A stretch of 64,000 nucleotides of DNA from Candidatus Omnitrophota bacterium (GTDB lineage: Bacteria; Omnitrophota; Gorgyraeia; Gygaellales; Profunditerraquicolaceae), in assembly GCA_016867115.1 (NCBI GenBank), contig VGKG01000001.1, positions 109,403-173,402 on the forward strand, written 5' to 3'. The position numbers and the translations under genes were made by a program. The stretch's first letter is position 1, and each line of letters starts with the position of its first letter. Shown one piece after another: positions 20,663-30,565 of the stretch. Below the pieces are notes generated by a model. It was not told the DNA's origin and made no database searches. It saw only the letters and a list, made by a program, of their open reading frames with translations.

Positions 20663-21919
20663 TTACTGGTTCATGCTGTTCAAGAACTCCTCGTTGTTCT
20701 TTGTCTTGGACAACTTCTCGATCAAAAGCTCCATTGCCTCGACGTTGCTCAGTTCATTCAGGACCTTCCTCAGGATCCAGGTCTTCTGCAGGACGTCGGA
20801 CTTTACCAGCAGCTCTTCGTGGCGGGTATTGGAGCGCTTGATGTCGATCGCCGGGTAAATCCTGCGCTGGAAGAGGTTCCGGTCCAGCTGCAGCTCCATG
20901 TTGCCGGTGCCCTTGAACTCTTCAAAGATGACGTCATCCATGCGGCTTCCGGTCTCAACCAGGGCAGTGGCGATAATGGTAAGCGAGCCTCCTTCTTCGA
21001 TGGCCCTTGCCGCGCCGAAAAATCTCTTCGGCTTCTGCAGGGCGTTAGAATCAATACCTCCGGAGAGGACCTTGCCGCTATGCGGCATCACCGAGTTGTA
21101 GGCGCGCGCAAGGCGGGTGATGCTGTCCAGGAGCACCACCACATCCTTCTTATGCTCGATGAGGCGCTTGGCCTTCTCCAGCACGATCTCGGCTACCTGC
21201 ACGTGGCGCTCCGGCGGCTCATCAAAGGTCGATGAGATGACCTCTCCCTTCACGTGGCGCTGCATATCGGTGACCTCTTCCGGGCGCTCGTCGATCAGGA
21301 GCACGATCATGACCACATCCGGGTGATTCGAGGTGATGGCGTTGGCGATCTTCTGCAGGAGCACGGTCTTTCCGCTGTAGGGCTGGGCCACGATCATGCC
21401 GCGCTGCCCCTTGCCGATAGGCGTAAGCAGGCTCATCACGCGCATAGAGAGCTCCTCGGGCTTAGTCTCCATATTAAAGGCGTCATGCGGGTAGACCGGA
21501 GTAAGGTTGTCAAAAAGGACCTTCTCCTTGACCTCCTCGGGATTCTCGAAATTGACCGCCTCGACCTTAAGCAGCGCAAAATACTTCTCTCCCTCTTTCG
21601 GCGGCCGGATCTGGCCGCTCACCGTATCCCCTGTGCGCAGATCGAATTTCCTGATCTGCGACGGAGAGACGTAAATGTCGTCGGGGCAGGGAAGATAATT
21701 GTAGTTCGGGCTCCTCAGGAAACCGAACCCCTCGGGAAGGATCTCAAGGACACCCTCTCCGAACATCAGTCCCTCTTTTTCCGCCTGGGCCTGCAGGATC
21801 TTAAAGATCAGGTCCTGCTTTTTCAATCCGCTCATGCCGTTAACGCTCATGTCCTTGGCCAGCTTATTCAGTTCCGGCATCTTCATGTCTTTTAAAGTCT
21901 TGATTTCCAGCTTTTCCAC
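20663..21919 (-). CDS. rho: Transcription termination factor Rho
   Basis: Walker A (GKTVLLQ), RNA-binding CSD-like N-terminal domain, RecA-like core; 418 aa. Confidence 0.95.
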   Translation of the reverse strand: MEKLEIKTLKDMKMPELNKLAKDMSVNGMSGLKKQDLIFKILQAQAEKEGLMFGEGVLEILPEGFGFLRSPNYNYLPCPDDIYVSPSQIRKFDLRTGDTVSGQIRPPKEGEKYFALLKVEAVNFENPEEVKEKVLFDNLTPVYPHDAFNMETKPEELSMRVMSLLTPIGKGQRGMIVAQPYSGKTVLLQKIANAITSNHPDVVMIVLLIDERPEEVTDMQRHVKGEVISSTFDEPPERHVQVAEIVLEKAKRLIEHKKDVVVLLDSITRLARAYNSVMPHSGKVLSGGIDSNALQKPKRFFGAARAIEEGGSLTIIATALVETGSRMDDVIFEEFKGTGNMELQLDRNLFQRRIYPAIDIKRSNTRHEELLVKSDVLQKTWILRKVLNELSNVEAMELLIEKLSKTKNNEEFLNSMNQ

Positions 21920-21920
21920 A

Positions 21921-22547
21921 CTAACCTCCCGATTGATTTTCCCGCAGGGTTTTCCATACCCGCAGTACTTGTTTCCTGGTTTTACTTAAACTCCCGTTAT
22001 TATCTATCACGAAATCCGCAAGGCGAATCTTCGTCGCAAGCGGCAACTGACACTTGATGCGGCATAGGATCTCTTCTCCTTTAAGCCCGGTCTTGATCCT
22101 CACCCTTTTGATCTGTATCGGGCGGTTTATACTGACCACGACTAATTTATCGACGTACTTTCTTAATCCTGCCTCGACCAATAGAGGCACATCCAGTACA
22201 ATAATTTTTTCCGTAGAACCGCGGATCTCCTGGCGGATCTTACGGATCACCTCAGGATGGATCATCCGGTTAAGCCGGGATAAAAGCCTCCTGTCGCAAA
22301 AGACCTTTGCAGCCAGCTTCCTGCGGTCTATGGAGCGACCCTGATTTAGAATATCCCGGCCAAAAACGCGCACTGCTTTGCGGTAGGCAGGCGCACCCCG
22401 CATAAGGCTTTCATGCGCCAGACTGTCTGCGTCGATCACCTTTGCTCCCAGGCGCTGCAGGAAGCGCGCAACGGTAGTCTTGCCGCTGCCGAAGCTTCCG
22501 GTCAAACCGAGGACTATCCGCTTATTTTTTGCCTTTTGCCTTGGCAT
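21921..22547 (-). CDS. coaE: Dephospho-CoA kinase
   Basis: [14 protein letters not shown]-loop; 208 aa. The 5' end overlaps the glgA stop by 26 nt, so the start is somewhat uncertain. Confidence 0.8.
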   Translation of the reverse strand: MPRQKAKNKRIVLGLTGSFGSGKTTVARFLQRLGAKVIDADSLAHESLMRGAPAYRKAVRVFGRDILNQGRSIDRRKLAAKVFCDRRLLSRLNRMIHPEVIRKIRQEIRGSTEKIIVLDVPLLVEAGLRKYVDKLVVVSINRPIQIKRVRIKTGLKGEEILCRIKCQLPLATKIRLADFVIDNNGSLSKTRKQVLRVWKTLRENQSGG

Positions 22548-23913
22548 ACAGATTAAGGTAATGTTTGGCTGACTCTTCCCAGGAAAAATCGTATTCCATG
22601 GCTTTTTTCACTAAAGCCCCCCACTTACGCTTATCCTGATAGGCGGCGATCGACTTCTTGATCGTCTTGATCAGCTCATCTGAGCTGTACTTATCAAAGA
22701 CGAAACCGTTATTCTTATTGACCGTATCTGCCAGGCCTCCGGTCTTAAAGACAAGCGGGATCGTGCCGTATCTTAAGCTGATCAACTGTCCCAGGCCGCA
22801 GGGCTCATACTTAGAAGGCATCAGGAAGAGGTCTGAGCCGGCGTAGATCTTATGGGCGAGCGGATCGTCAAACTTCAGGGCAAGAGAGATGACATGAGGA
22901 TACTTCTTTGCCATATCCTCCATGATCAGATGATACTTAAGGTCTCCAGTGCCCAGGATCACCAGCTGCAGATCCATGTGGCAGATCTCATCGATCCCTT
23001 CGGCGAGGATGTCAAAACCCTTCTGTTCCGCAAGCCTTGAGACGATGCCGAAGAGCGGGACGTCCTTTCTCTTAGGGAGCTTGAAGATCTCTTCCAGCTC
23101 TTCGCGGCATTTGGCTTTTCCGGCAAGATTTTTCGCCGAAAAGTTCCTGGCGATGAACTTGTCCGTCTCCGGGTTCCAGATATTGTAGTCCAGGCCGTTC
23201 AGGATACCATAAACGGAATTACGCCTTTTATTCAAGACCCCTTCAAGGCCGAACCCGAATTCCCTGGTCTGGATCTCCTTGGCATAGGTGGGGCTGACCG
23301 TAGTGACTACGTCGGCAAAGACCATGCCGCCTTTGAGGATATTTATCCGGTCGTAATACTCTAATCCCTCGATATTAAAGACGCTCCAGTCAAGGCCGAG
23401 CTTCGGAAACTCACCCTTGTCAAAGAGCCCCTGATAGCCGATATTGTGGATGGTCAGGATCGTACGCGTTGCCTTATAAAAGAAATCATTGGCATAGAGA
23501 GTCTTCAGATACACCGGGACGAGGCATGCCTGCCAGTCATGCACGTGGATGATGTCCGGCTTGAAACCTATTTCCTTGAGTAGAGCAAGGGCCCGGCGGC
23601 AATAAAAAGCAAAGCGGTCCAGGTTATCCTTGTAATCCCCGGTCTTCTCGCCGTAGAGGCCGTCGCGGTTAAAATAGACGTCGTTCTCTATGAAATATAC
23701 CTTTATATCCTTGCCGATAGTGGCGTAAGATACGTCCTCCTTGAGCCGCTGGATCCTGAACTTTGAGTCAAGGATTGATTTATACTTAGGCATGATGACT
23801 ATACAATCATCCCCCCGCTCCTCAAGGGCAAGGGGTAATGCGCCGGCAACATCCGCCAAGCCGCCCGTCTTTGCAAAAGGGACCACCTCCGAAGCGCAGA
23901 CCACTATCTTCAT
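22522..23913 (-). CDS. glgA: Glycogen synthase (ADP-glucose type, GT5)
   Basis: N-terminal KTGGLADV motif; GT-B fold; 463 aa. Confidence 0.9.
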   Translation of the reverse strand: MKIVVCASEVVPFAKTGGLADVAGALPLALEERGDDCIVIMPKYKSILDSKFRIQRLKEDVSYATIGKDIKVYFIENDVYFNRDGLYGEKTGDYKDNLDRFAFYCRRALALLKEIGFKPDIIHVHDWQACLVPVYLKTLYANDFFYKATRTILTIHNIGYQGLFDKGEFPKLGLDWSVFNIEGLEYYDRINILKGGMVFADVVTTVSPTYAKEIQTREFGFGLEGVLNKRRNSVYGILNGLDYNIWNPETDKFIARNFSAKNLAGKAKCREELEEIFKLPKRKDVPLFGIVSRLAEQKGFDILAEGIDEICHMDLQLVILGTGDLKYHLIMEDMAKKYPHVISLALKFDDPLAHKIYAGSDLFLMPSKYEPCGLGQLISLRYGTIPLVFKTGGLADTVNKNNGFVFDKYSSDELIKTIKKSIAAYQDKRKWGALVKKAMEYDFSWEESAKHYLNLYAKAKGKK

Positions 23914-26441
23914 TTTACCTCCTCCATTTCCAGCCAGTTCTTCCCCTTTTTGATCTCTACCTTCACCGGTACCGCAAGTTTCAAGACATTCTCCATCCGT
24001 TCCCTGATAAATACCACCGCCTCCCGCAGTTCCTCCTTCGGCGCGTCAAAGAGAAGCTCATCGTGGATCTGCAGGACCATTTGAGCTCTAAGCCCCTTTT
24101 CTCTTATGCCCCTCTGGATCTGGACCATAGCCAGTTTGATCAGATCCGCAGCCGTGCCCTGGATAGGCGTATTTACCGCCTGGCGTTCGGCAAACTGGCG
24201 CAGGGCCTGGCTCTTTTCGTTGATCTGGGGGATGTATCTTCTCCTGCCCAGAAGCGTAGTGACAAACATCTGCTTGCGGCAAAGCTTTATCTGGCCCTCA
24301 ATATAATCTTTGACCTTCGGATAGCGCAGGAAATAGGCGTCAATAAAACGCTCTGCTTCATCCACAGAGATCCCCAAGTCGCGGCTCAGACCGTAAGAGG
24401 TGAGGCCGTAGATGATGCCGAAGTTGACCCGCTTAGCTGTCTCGCGCATGGGGTCGCTAACTTCTTTTTCTTCTACGCCGTAGATCAGCGCGGCCGTGGC
24501 CTTATGGATATCCTTATCCTGCTTAAAGGCCCGGATCAGGTCTTCGTCGGAAGAAAGGTGCGCCAGGATCCTCAATTCTATCTGCGAATAATCGCAGGAT
24601 AAAAGATAATTGTCTTTTTCCGAGGCGATGATCGAACGGCGGATCTGCCCGCCGATCTCGGTCTTTACCGGGATATTCTGCAGGTTCGGGTTGCTGGAAC
24701 TGAGGCGCCCGGTCTCGGTGCCAGTCTGGTTAAAAGAAGTATGCAGCCGGCCGGTTTTATCCGTCATCTCAGGCAGGGTGTCGACATAGGTGTTTTTCAG
24801 TTTAGTCAGCTGGCGGTACTCAAGCAGGACCCCGGGCAACTTGTGCTTCGCAGCCAAAGCCTTTAAGACTTCCTCGTCGGTAGAGGGACCGGTCTTGGTC
24901 CTTTTTACCACCGGCAATTTTAATTTTTCAAAGAGGATATCCCGCAGCTGTTTGGGAGAATTGATGTTGAACTGCGTACCGCTTAAGCCGTAGATCTCAT
25001 CGATCAATTCGATCAGGCGCTTTTCGATCGTGGTGCTTATTTTTTTCAGGAGGTCATGGTCCAGCTTGATGCCGTTTAATTCCATCTCAGCCAGGACTTC
25101 AACCAGCGGCATCTCAAGGTCCCGGAAAAGGCCGGAGAGCTCCTTTTCTTTGAGTTCTTTTTCCAGCTTCGGCTTAAGCTTACGGATGAACCCGAGCGCT
25201 GATTCCTGATGCGCGCCCTTTAAACCTGCCGGCTCGCCCAGATGCTCCCAGGATACGTCATCCAGCCCGTATCCGGACTTGGACGGATCCAGAAGATAGG
25301 CGGCGATCATGGTATCAAAATAAAGGCCGGCTAAGGCCAGCCCTTCTGCGGCCAGCGCTACTTTAGCCTTCTTCAGGTCGTGGCTTATTTTTCTGATCCC
25401 TTCGTCTTCCAGTATTTTTTTAAGAGCGGCTCCCTTGGCCGGGACAAAAAGCCTGTCCTTCAGGGAGAAGATCAGCTTTCCGGAATCGTCGACATAAAGA
25501 TAGAGTTCTTCGCCCGAAGCAATCTCTTTTTCAAGGTCCTTGCCTGAGATCTCTTCGCCTTGGGAGACAGGACTTGCCTCCTCAGGCTGCTGTAGCCCTT
25601 TTAAGAGTTTCTTAAACTCTAAGCGTTTAAAGAGCCGGTATAATTCCGCGGTATCGGGCTCGCCGAGCTTGAGGCTCTCCGGTTCAAAATCTATATCCAC
25701 CTTCGTATCCAGCCTCACCAGCTCCCTGTTCAGTTCCAGCTGTTTTAGATTCTCCCGGATGGATTTCTTTACTTTTTCGCTCTTTATCTGGCCAAGGTTC
25801 TCAAGGAGGTTATCAAGCGACCCGAACTCCTGAATCAGGCTAGTGGCAGTCTTCTCGCCTATTCCGGGGATGCCGGGGATATTATCCGCGCTGTCGCCCA
25901 TCAGGGCGATGATATCCGCGATGCGCTCAGGCTCCACTCCGAAACGCTCCCTGACCTTACGGGCGTCGTAGAGAACGCCCTCATCTTTGTAGGGGCTGAA
26001 GACCTGGGTATTATCGTCCACCACCTGCAGAATATCCTTATCAGAGCTGACGATCACCGTAGGAAACCCCGCCTTTTTGGCTTTTTCAGACAGGGTGGCG
26101 ATGACATCATCCGCCTCAAACCCCTCTTTTTCAAATAAGGCGATGCCGTAGGCCCGGATCAGCTCTTTGACCAGGGGGAACTGGCTGGTTAATCCTTCGG
26201 GGGTCGGGGGCCTCTGGATCTTGTATTCGGCGAACCTTTTAGCCCGGAAGGTATCCCGGGAGACGTCAAAACAGACCGCAAGATAACCGGGTTTCCTGTC
26301 TTTGAGGATCTTGTTCAGGATATTGATAAATCCGAATACCGCGTTTGTCGGCTGTCCGGATGAAGTGGTTAAAGGGGGTAGTGCGAAAAAGGCGCGGTAA
26401 CAGAAGCCAGTGGCATCTATAAGGTAAAGCTCTTTGCTCAT
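23910..26441 (-). CDS. polA: DNA polymerase I (5'-3' exonuclease and polymerase domains; 3'-5' exonuclease region appears vestigial)
   Basis: FEN-like N-terminus, PolA motifs A/B/C (DYSQIELR, RRxAKxxNFGxxYG, HDE); 843 aa. The Exo I DxE signature is not visible in the central domain. Confidence 0.9.
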   Translation of the reverse strand: MSKELYLIDATGFCYRAFFALPPLTTSSGQPTNAVFGFINILNKILKDRKPGYLAVCFDVSRDTFRAKRFAEYKIQRPPTPEGLTSQFPLVKELIRAYGIALFEKEGFEADDVIATLSEKAKKAGFPTVIVSSDKDILQVVDDNTQVFSPYKDEGVLYDARKVRERFGVEPERIADIIALMGDSADNIPGIPGIGEKTATSLIQEFGSLDNLLENLGQIKSEKVKKSIRENLKQLELNRELVRLDTKVDIDFEPESLKLGEPDTAELYRLFKRLEFKKLLKGLQQPEEASPVSQGEEISGKDLEKEIASGEELYLYVDDSGKLIFSLKDRLFVPAKGAALKKILEDEGIRKISHDLKKAKVALAAEGLALAGLYFDTMIAAYLLDPSKSGYGLDDVSWEHLGEPAGLKGAHQESALGFIRKLKPKLEKELKEKELSGLFRDLEMPLVEVLAEMELNGIKLDHDLLKKISTTIEKRLIELIDEIYGLSGTQFNINSPKQLRDILFEKLKLPVVKRTKTGPSTDEEVLKALAAKHKLPGVLLEYRQLTKLKNTYVDTLPEMTDKTGRLHTSFNQTGTETGRLSSSNPNLQNIPVKTEIGGQIRRSIIASEKDNYLLSCDYSQIELRILAHLSSDEDLIRAFKQDKDIHKATAALIYGVEEKEVSDPMRETAKRVNFGIIYGLTSYGLSRDLGISVDEAERFIDAYFLRYPKVKDYIEGQIKLCRKQMFVTTLLGRRRYIPQINEKSQALRQFAERQAVNTPIQGTAADLIKLAMVQIQRGIREKGLRAQMVLQIHDELLFDAPKEELREAVVFIRERMENVLKLAVPVKVEIKKGKNWLEMEEVK

Positions 26442-26492
26442 TAAAATTGGTACATGGAATTATTGTGGAGAGGATTTGGGTCTAGCGGCTGT

Positions 26493-27434
26493 CTATCTAG
26501 ATAATACTCTTGTCTGGAGTTTACGGATGAATAAGTCAATATCGTTGTTAGTGGGGTCAAGCTGCTGGGCATCGATCGCCAGCTTCAGTGCGGTGACTTC
26601 GTCTCCCTTTTTATAAAGGAGCCTTGCCTTGTCAAACACCTCGCGGGCCTGCGCTTTGTTGGATTTTTTGGTGAGTTCCTTCTTTACGGCTACTTCCTTC
26701 AGTAACCGCATGACCTCCTGCTCCCTGGCCTCTTCCATGGGCCTGACGGTAATGACTGCGCTGATATCTTCCATCCGCTGCCTGGCCTTGAGCGTCCAGG
26801 GGTCGTCGGGTATGCCTAATTCCGCTCTCTTCTTCCAGTAATTATAGGCCTTATCCAGGTCACGCTTACCTTCATATAACAGGGCAAGGTTAGTATAAGC
26901 GCTCATGTAATCCGGGTCGATCTTCAGGGACTTCAGGTAGCATTCTTCCGCGCGGCTGACCATGCCCCTGGACTCAAGGATCACGCCCAAGTCGTTGTAG
27001 ACTACCGCGTAACCCGGGTCCAGGACGATCGCCTTCTGATAAAGCTTCATCGCTGAATCCAGATCGCCCATATTCTGGAACTCCAGCCCCTGCTGGCGGT
27101 ACTGGCGGGCCTCTTTCTGCAATTCCGTAAGGTCCTCTTCCCTTTCCGCGGGCCGGACAATATCCTTCAGATTTATCCTGGGCTTCTCGGCCGGCTCGAC
27201 GGCTGAGACTCCTGCCGAGGTCTCCTGCCAGGGTATCACTTCGCTCTCAGTCGGCGTATCCAAAGAGCTCTTACCGAAGTAGACTGTCCCTTTTTTATTT
27301 TCCGGAATGCGCCTCATGCCGACATAACCCTGGTTCTGTTCCAAATCTTGGGCAAAGACAAAAGAACCGAAGGAAGAGACGATTATTGCGGCGATAACAC
27401 TTGTGGTAAGTTCTTGGCGGGATTTGATTTTCAT
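26493..27434 (-). CDS. Secreted tetratricopeptide-repeat protein
   Basis: N-terminal signal peptide (AAIIVSSFGSFVFAQD) and 3-4 TPR units (AMKLYQKAIVLDP, AEECYLKSLKIDP, AYNYWKKRAELG); 313 aa. Confidence 0.7.
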   Translation of the reverse strand: MKIKSRQELTTSVIAAIIVSSFGSFVFAQDLEQNQGYVGMRRIPENKKGTVYFGKSSLDTPTESEVIPWQETSAGVSAVEPAEKPRINLKDIVRPAEREEDLTELQKEARQYRQQGLEFQNMGDLDSAMKLYQKAIVLDPGYAVVYNDLGVILESRGMVSRAEECYLKSLKIDPDYMSAYTNLALLYEGKRDLDKAYNYWKKRAELGIPDDPWTLKARQRMEDISAVITVRPMEEAREQEVMRLLKEVAVKKELTKKSNKAQAREVFDKARLLYKKGDEVTALKLAIDAQQLDPTNNDIDLFIRKLQTRVLSR

Positions 27435-27445
27435 TGGTTTAAGTT

Positions 27446-27473
27446 ATTATACAATTTAAATATTTTCTGTCAA
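27446..27473 (-). promoter_or_regulatory. Consensus sigma70 promoter (TTGACA, 16-nt spacer, TATAAT) for the TPR gene
   Basis: On the minus strand, TTGACA at plus 27473-27468 and TATAAT at plus 27451-27446. Only 11 nt separate the -10 from the ATG and there is no Shine-Dalgarno sequence, so the transcript is near-leaderless. Confidence 0.5.
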
Positions 27474-27484
27474 GAAAAAAAATA

Positions 27485-29665
27485 TTAAATCATCGGGTCC
27501 ATGGAAAGCGCAGGATGGCCGACTTTGGTAAGGTGCGCTATCAATTCTTCGGAAGTAGTGGCTATTGTCTCATCCGCGATTATTTGCGCAAGGTCCGGCT
27601 CGCCGATCTCCCTGCAGCGCTCGATCAGCCGCTCTCCCAGCAGCTCTTTCAATTCCTTGGGCATCCAGATCAGGCGCTTGAGCCCGCCCTCTGCTAGGAT
27701 GAACTTTTTGCTGAGGATATAGAGCTTGCCTACGCCGAGGAACCCCGGGGTCTGCACCCCGCCGCCGACTGAACCGGCGAGGGTCGTAAAGGTCATGCCT
27801 GAAGGGGTCATGCCGGAATAATCCCGGTGCACGACCATCACGCCGTTAGCTTCAGGAACCACCGCCACGATACATTCAAAACAGCCGCAGGAAGACTGCG
27901 GAGAATCCATCAGCGAATACATGCTCACCTTGTCGATAGTCTTATTGGATTTGGCAAAGACAAAATCATTGACGCTCTGCCACTGGCCGAGCCTCCCGTC
28001 CAGGATCGCGCTCTTTTTGATCGGCTGATTCGGGCCCGTAGGCGTGATCTCGAATGAGGCCTTGGCATCCAGCCAGGAATAGGCGCCGCAGAGCCCCAGG
28101 CGTTCCGGAGTGACCACGCAGACGTGATTCGGGGCAAAAGACTGGCACAATAAACAGGAATAATAGGTATCCACGCTCTCATCGGTCATCCCTAAGAGCC
28201 GCTCATCGCGTTCAGTGAAGACTCCCGTCGCTTCTTTTAAGAGCCTCTCCACATCCTCATCCCGCGTATAAAGTTTCACCTGCACCTTATCCACGATCGC
28301 GCTATACTCCTGATGCAGCATGGCATGAATGACGGTGCCGATATGTTTAAGCCGGAAGCCTTTATCAAAGGCGTCGTTACTGATACGGATCCAGTTCATG
28401 TCGCGCTGGCCCACATGCATCAGGCCCATGGCATAGTTAACAAAGCGGTGGATCTGGCGCTCCAGGATCGGCTCAAAATCCTTCTGCATCTTGCGTCCGT
28501 AAACCTCGACGATGATCGCTAAGGGCATGGACCTTGTCCCTGCCTTGAGGGTATCGATGTCGCTTCCTATCAGCTCAATTTTTCCGTCCTCGACTTCCGC
28601 CTCGGTTTTTGCGCTTAAGAATTCGAAGGCGGTTGAAGCCTTACCCCCGAATTCCACATGCAACTGTTCTCTGCGTACGCGCTCTCCCTCAAAGGCTGCG
28701 GCATAAGGCACAGGCACATCTACTTCCGCCACCTTTACCTTGATCCCGCGCGTCAAGATGCATTTTGAGGCGAGCTTCTTATAATCGCTCTCTGTGACCA
28801 GGGCCTCATACAGGGTCGTCTCGATCTTGCCTAGTTGCGGCACATCCAGGTCAGTGATGATCGGCAGGCCAAAGGCTAATACGCCGAGGCCTGTGGCTAC
28901 GATCACCTCGTCTACATGGCCAAGGAGCAGGACAAAAGCCGGAACGCGGTTCTTGATGTACTCGGCGATCCCCTGCCACTGCCCGGGTTTGAATCCGCCG
29001 TAGATGAGCGGCGCTCTCACCGCAAAGTTCACCGCATAAATCGCCGACAGATAATCACTGCCCAAAGGAACGATGTAGTTCTCAAGGCCGAGTTCCACTC
29101 CCTTTTCTTCCAGCTGCTTGGCGAAGGTGTTGCCGTTTATGTTTCCGGCAAGGAGGCTGACAATACCTTTGGACTGAAAATTACGGATGAGCCCTGCTGC
29201 AGAGTCCACATCCTTTGCCGGGCCGAGGATTACCGCGATTCCGGCGATGCGGCCGTCCACCAGCTGCAGGCCAAGGGAACGCAGGATCTTATCCGGGATA
29301 AAACCGATGCCGCCTTGCGGATGCTTTGCCTCCATGGTCAGAAGCGCTGCCAGGATCTCTTCGGAAAGAAGTGTGGCTATACCTTTATTGAATATCCCGC
29401 CCATGATGCTTAAGGCCAGGGTGCTTTTGGTGGCAATGCCCTGGCTCAGGCCTTCGATCTCGCTAAAGGCGCGCTGGCAGTCATTCAGGGTCTTTACTTC
29501 AAGATTCAAGAGCGCATTGACCAACGGCAGGTAATAATTTGTCTCGGGAAAACTGATTGATGCATCCTTGCCTTTTTTCTTAATGGCATCAGTAAGCGCG
29601 TTACGCGTAAGGTCTAATACCGCATCCGTTCCCTTGGTCCCTAATTGCACTAAGACGTCGGACAT
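27485..29665 (-). CDS. acsB: Acetyl-CoA synthase catalytic subunit of the CODH/ACS complex (AcsB/CdhC)
   Basis: Recalled similarity to Moorella AcsB across the C-terminal half, including the A-cluster cysteine region CLLCQSFAPNHVCVVTPERLGLCGAYSWLDAKAS and the C-terminal KFILAEGGLKRLIWMPKELK...GHPALSMDPMI; 726 aa. Confidence 0.85.
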   Translation of the reverse strand: MSDVLVQLGTKGTDAVLDLTRNALTDAIKKKGKDASISFPETNYYLPLVNALLNLEVKTLNDCQRAFSEIEGLSQGIATKSTLALSIMGGIFNKGIATLLSEEILAALLTMEAKHPQGGIGFIPDKILRSLGLQLVDGRIAGIAVILGPAKDVDSAAGLIRNFQSKGIVSLLAGNINGNTFAKQLEEKGVELGLENYIVPLGSDYLSAIYAVNFAVRAPLIYGGFKPGQWQGIAEYIKNRVPAFVLLLGHVDEVIVATGLGVLAFGLPIITDLDVPQLGKIETTLYEALVTESDYKKLASKCILTRGIKVKVAEVDVPVPYAAAFEGERVRREQLHVEFGGKASTAFEFLSAKTEAEVEDGKIELIGSDIDTLKAGTRSMPLAIIVEVYGRKMQKDFEPILERQIHRFVNYAMGLMHVGQRDMNWIRISNDAFDKGFRLKHIGTVIHAMLHQEYSAIVDKVQVKLYTRDEDVERLLKEATGVFTERDERLLGMTDESVDTYYSCLLCQSFAPNHVCVVTPERLGLCGAYSWLDAKASFEITPTGPNQPIKKSAILDGRLGQWQSVNDFVFAKSNKTIDKVSMYSLMDSPQSSCGCFECIVAVVPEANGVMVVHRDYSGMTPSGMTFTTLAGSVGGGVQTPGFLGVGKLYILSKKFILAEGGLKRLIWMPKELKELLGERLIERCREIGEPDLAQIIADETIATTSEELIAHLTKVGHPALSMDPMI

Positions 29666-30564
29666 GTGAGTATTCTCCCCTCTAAAGATTCGTTTAAGTT
29701 TTTGGCCACGATGATCCCCTCTGACTGGGCATCCAGCCAGGATTTCTCCTGCGCGGGATTACCCTCCCGCTGACAGACACTGCCGCAGGCGAAGATATTC
29801 TCTAAATCAGTCCGGAAGCATTCATCCACTGTAATAAAACCGTTCTGCGTCCTGATCCCGGTATCTTTCAGAAAATCCGTCGAAGGCTGATAGCTGCCGG
29901 TAAAAATGACCATGTCCGTGCCGATGGCCTTGCCGTTGCTGAGCTTTACTGCCTTAAGCTCAGAGCCTTCTCCGATGATCTCGGACATCTGGGCGTCGTT
30001 GATCCACTCGACAGCTTCAGAAGGCGTAAATCCTTCCGGGGCCGGGGCGCTGATGACCTTGGTGTGCTTGGACTTTTGAGCGAAGACCTCGGAGAGCTTC
30101 AGGGAGACCAGCGGGTCGGAAGTGACGGTGACGGTATCGGCAAACGCCAGGCGCTCCCTGATCTTTCTGGCATCCTCGAGGGTGTAAAAAGAAAAAACTC
30201 CCTCCTTGGCCGTGCCGGGAATATCCGGAAGTACGCTGCGCTTTCCCGAAGCGATCACCAGATACTCGTAATTTATGCGGTTATTGTCTTTCAGGATGAC
30301 AGCCTGCTTCCTGGTGTTGATACCGGTCACCCTGCTTGCCTTAAGCAGCCGGAGATTGGGAGAGCCGTAAAAATCTTCCGCCGCAAGCAGGATCTCTTTT
30401 TCGCTCAGTTTCCCGGAAATAAAATCATAAAGGAGATTGGCGTCGTAGGCGAACGCATCCTCCTGCGTAATCACGGTGATCTCGTCAAGTGGGGCGAAAC
30501 TGAGAAGCGCGTAACAGCAGGAGAATCCTGCCGCGGAATTACCGATAATGACGATTTTAGACAT
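29650..30564 (-). CDS. Small FAD/NAD(P)-binding pyridine-nucleotide-disulfide-oxidoreductase-like flavoprotein (LpdA-like, lacks the dimerisation domain)
   Basis: N-terminal Rossmann motif IVIIGNSAAG, second dinucleotide fold, CGSV near the C-terminus; 304 aa. Sits between metF and acsB in the same position as lpdA in clostridial Wood-Ljungdahl clusters. Confidence 0.6.
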   Translation of the reverse strand: MSKIVIIGNSAAGFSCCYALLSFAPLDEITVITQEDAFAYDANLLYDFISGKLSEKEILLAAEDFYGSPNLRLLKASRVTGINTRKQAVILKDNNRINYEYLVIASGKRSVLPDIPGTAKEGVFSFYTLEDARKIRERLAFADTVTVTSDPLVSLKLSEVFAQKSKHTKVISAPAPEGFTPSEAVEWINDAQMSEIIGEGSELKAVKLSNGKAIGTDMVIFTGSYQPSTDFLKDTGIRTQNGFITVDECFRTDLENIFACGSVCQREGNPAQEKSWLDAQSEGIIVAKNLNESLEGRILTCPTS

Positions 30565-30565
30565 A

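Noticed and set aside
23838-24602. Long plus-strand ORFs (for example 23838-24602, 33189-33965, 34620-35513, 45007-45648, 52820-53668, 60959-61747, 56412-56885, 1640-2215)
   Set aside because: Each lies entirely antisense to a well-supported minus-strand gene (polA, fhs, rnhB/yraN, infB, uppS, the exported fusion, and others). Their translations are low-complexity with no recognisable motifs. They are typical spurious antisense frames in GC-rich coding DNA.
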